DNA of 64,000 nucleotides from Cenarchaeum sp. (GTDB taxonomy: Archaea > Thermoproteota > Nitrososphaeria > Nitrososphaerales > Nitrosopumilaceae), in NCBI GenBank assembly GCA_963693095.2, contig OY843768.1, positions 1,248,001 to 1,312,000 of the forward strand, in the 5' to 3' direction. Made by a program: the position numbers and the translations under genes. Below, one piece after another: positions 63,999 through 64,000 of this stretch. A model generated the notes under the pieces. It searched no databases and was not told where the DNA came from. It saw only the letters and a program-made list of their open reading frames with translations. The stretch's first letter is position 1. Each line of letters opens with the position of its first letter.

Positions 63999-64000
63999 AG

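Noticed and set aside
63948-63950. GTG start of the 20,440-aa ORF
   Set aside because: The frame stays open to the window edge and the codon lies mid-domain (IEDVNGN), with no signal peptide after it.
263-63987. Numerous plus-strand ORFs (up to 685 aa) and short alternative-frame minus-strand ORFs
   Set aside because: All overlap the giant CDS, mirror its repeats, and have Ser/Val/Ala- or Arg-rich composition expected of shadow frames in GC-rich, codon-biased DNA. None shows a recognisable domain.
1-64000. Diversity-generating retroelement as the cause of the variable loops
   Set aside because: No reverse transcriptase is in the window. The loops differ in length and at all four bases, and I saw no template/variable pair differing only at adenines. 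A remote element cannot be excluded.
1-64000. CRISPR array, insertion sequence, integron cassettes, tRNA or rRNA
   Set aside because: All repeats are in-frame protein-coding with domain-length periods. There is no intergenic space and no transposase, integrase or structural-RNA signature.
1-64000. Inteins, catalytic or toxin domains, or transmembrane anchors within the giant protein
   Set aside because: I recognised no Hint/intein, protease, nuclease or RTX motifs and no long hydrophobic helix by eye. The true termini lie outside the window.

Overview
The whole 64 kb window is the interior of one giant gene on the minus strand. The tracked 20,440-aa ORF (2628..63950) stays open up to the window's right edge, so its GTG 'start' is not the real start. 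Near position 2,834 it slips by one base into a second frame that is stop-free down to position 1. Read together, this gives at least about 21,300 aa of one Thr/Ala/Asp/Val/Ser-rich, acidic protein, with neither terminus in the window. It is built from roughly 190 tandem Ig-like beta-sandwich repeats (SwmB/Big_5-like types plus a 'GDTIRLxLTLDE' type). The last ~260 visible residues (CxDCTPPTLG...HTFREPL...VWDDRRNSWQNFFNHG) resemble the C-terminal domain of large Nitrosopumilaceae surface proteins. With the high GC content, this suggests a Cenarchaeum-like, possibly sponge-associated, archaeon (inference). Internal structure of note: two copies of a ~200-aa module ending in an H-[F/M]-T-x-F motif like autoproteolytic ZU5/GAIN sites; near-identical DNA blocks shuffled into different neighbourhoods; domain families with conserved frameworks and hypervariable, often AT-richer loops; one Ig domain nested inside the loop of another; and GC-poor unique segments. 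No RNA genes, mobile elements or CRISPR arrays were seen. The many short ORFs in the track are shadows of the giant gene.
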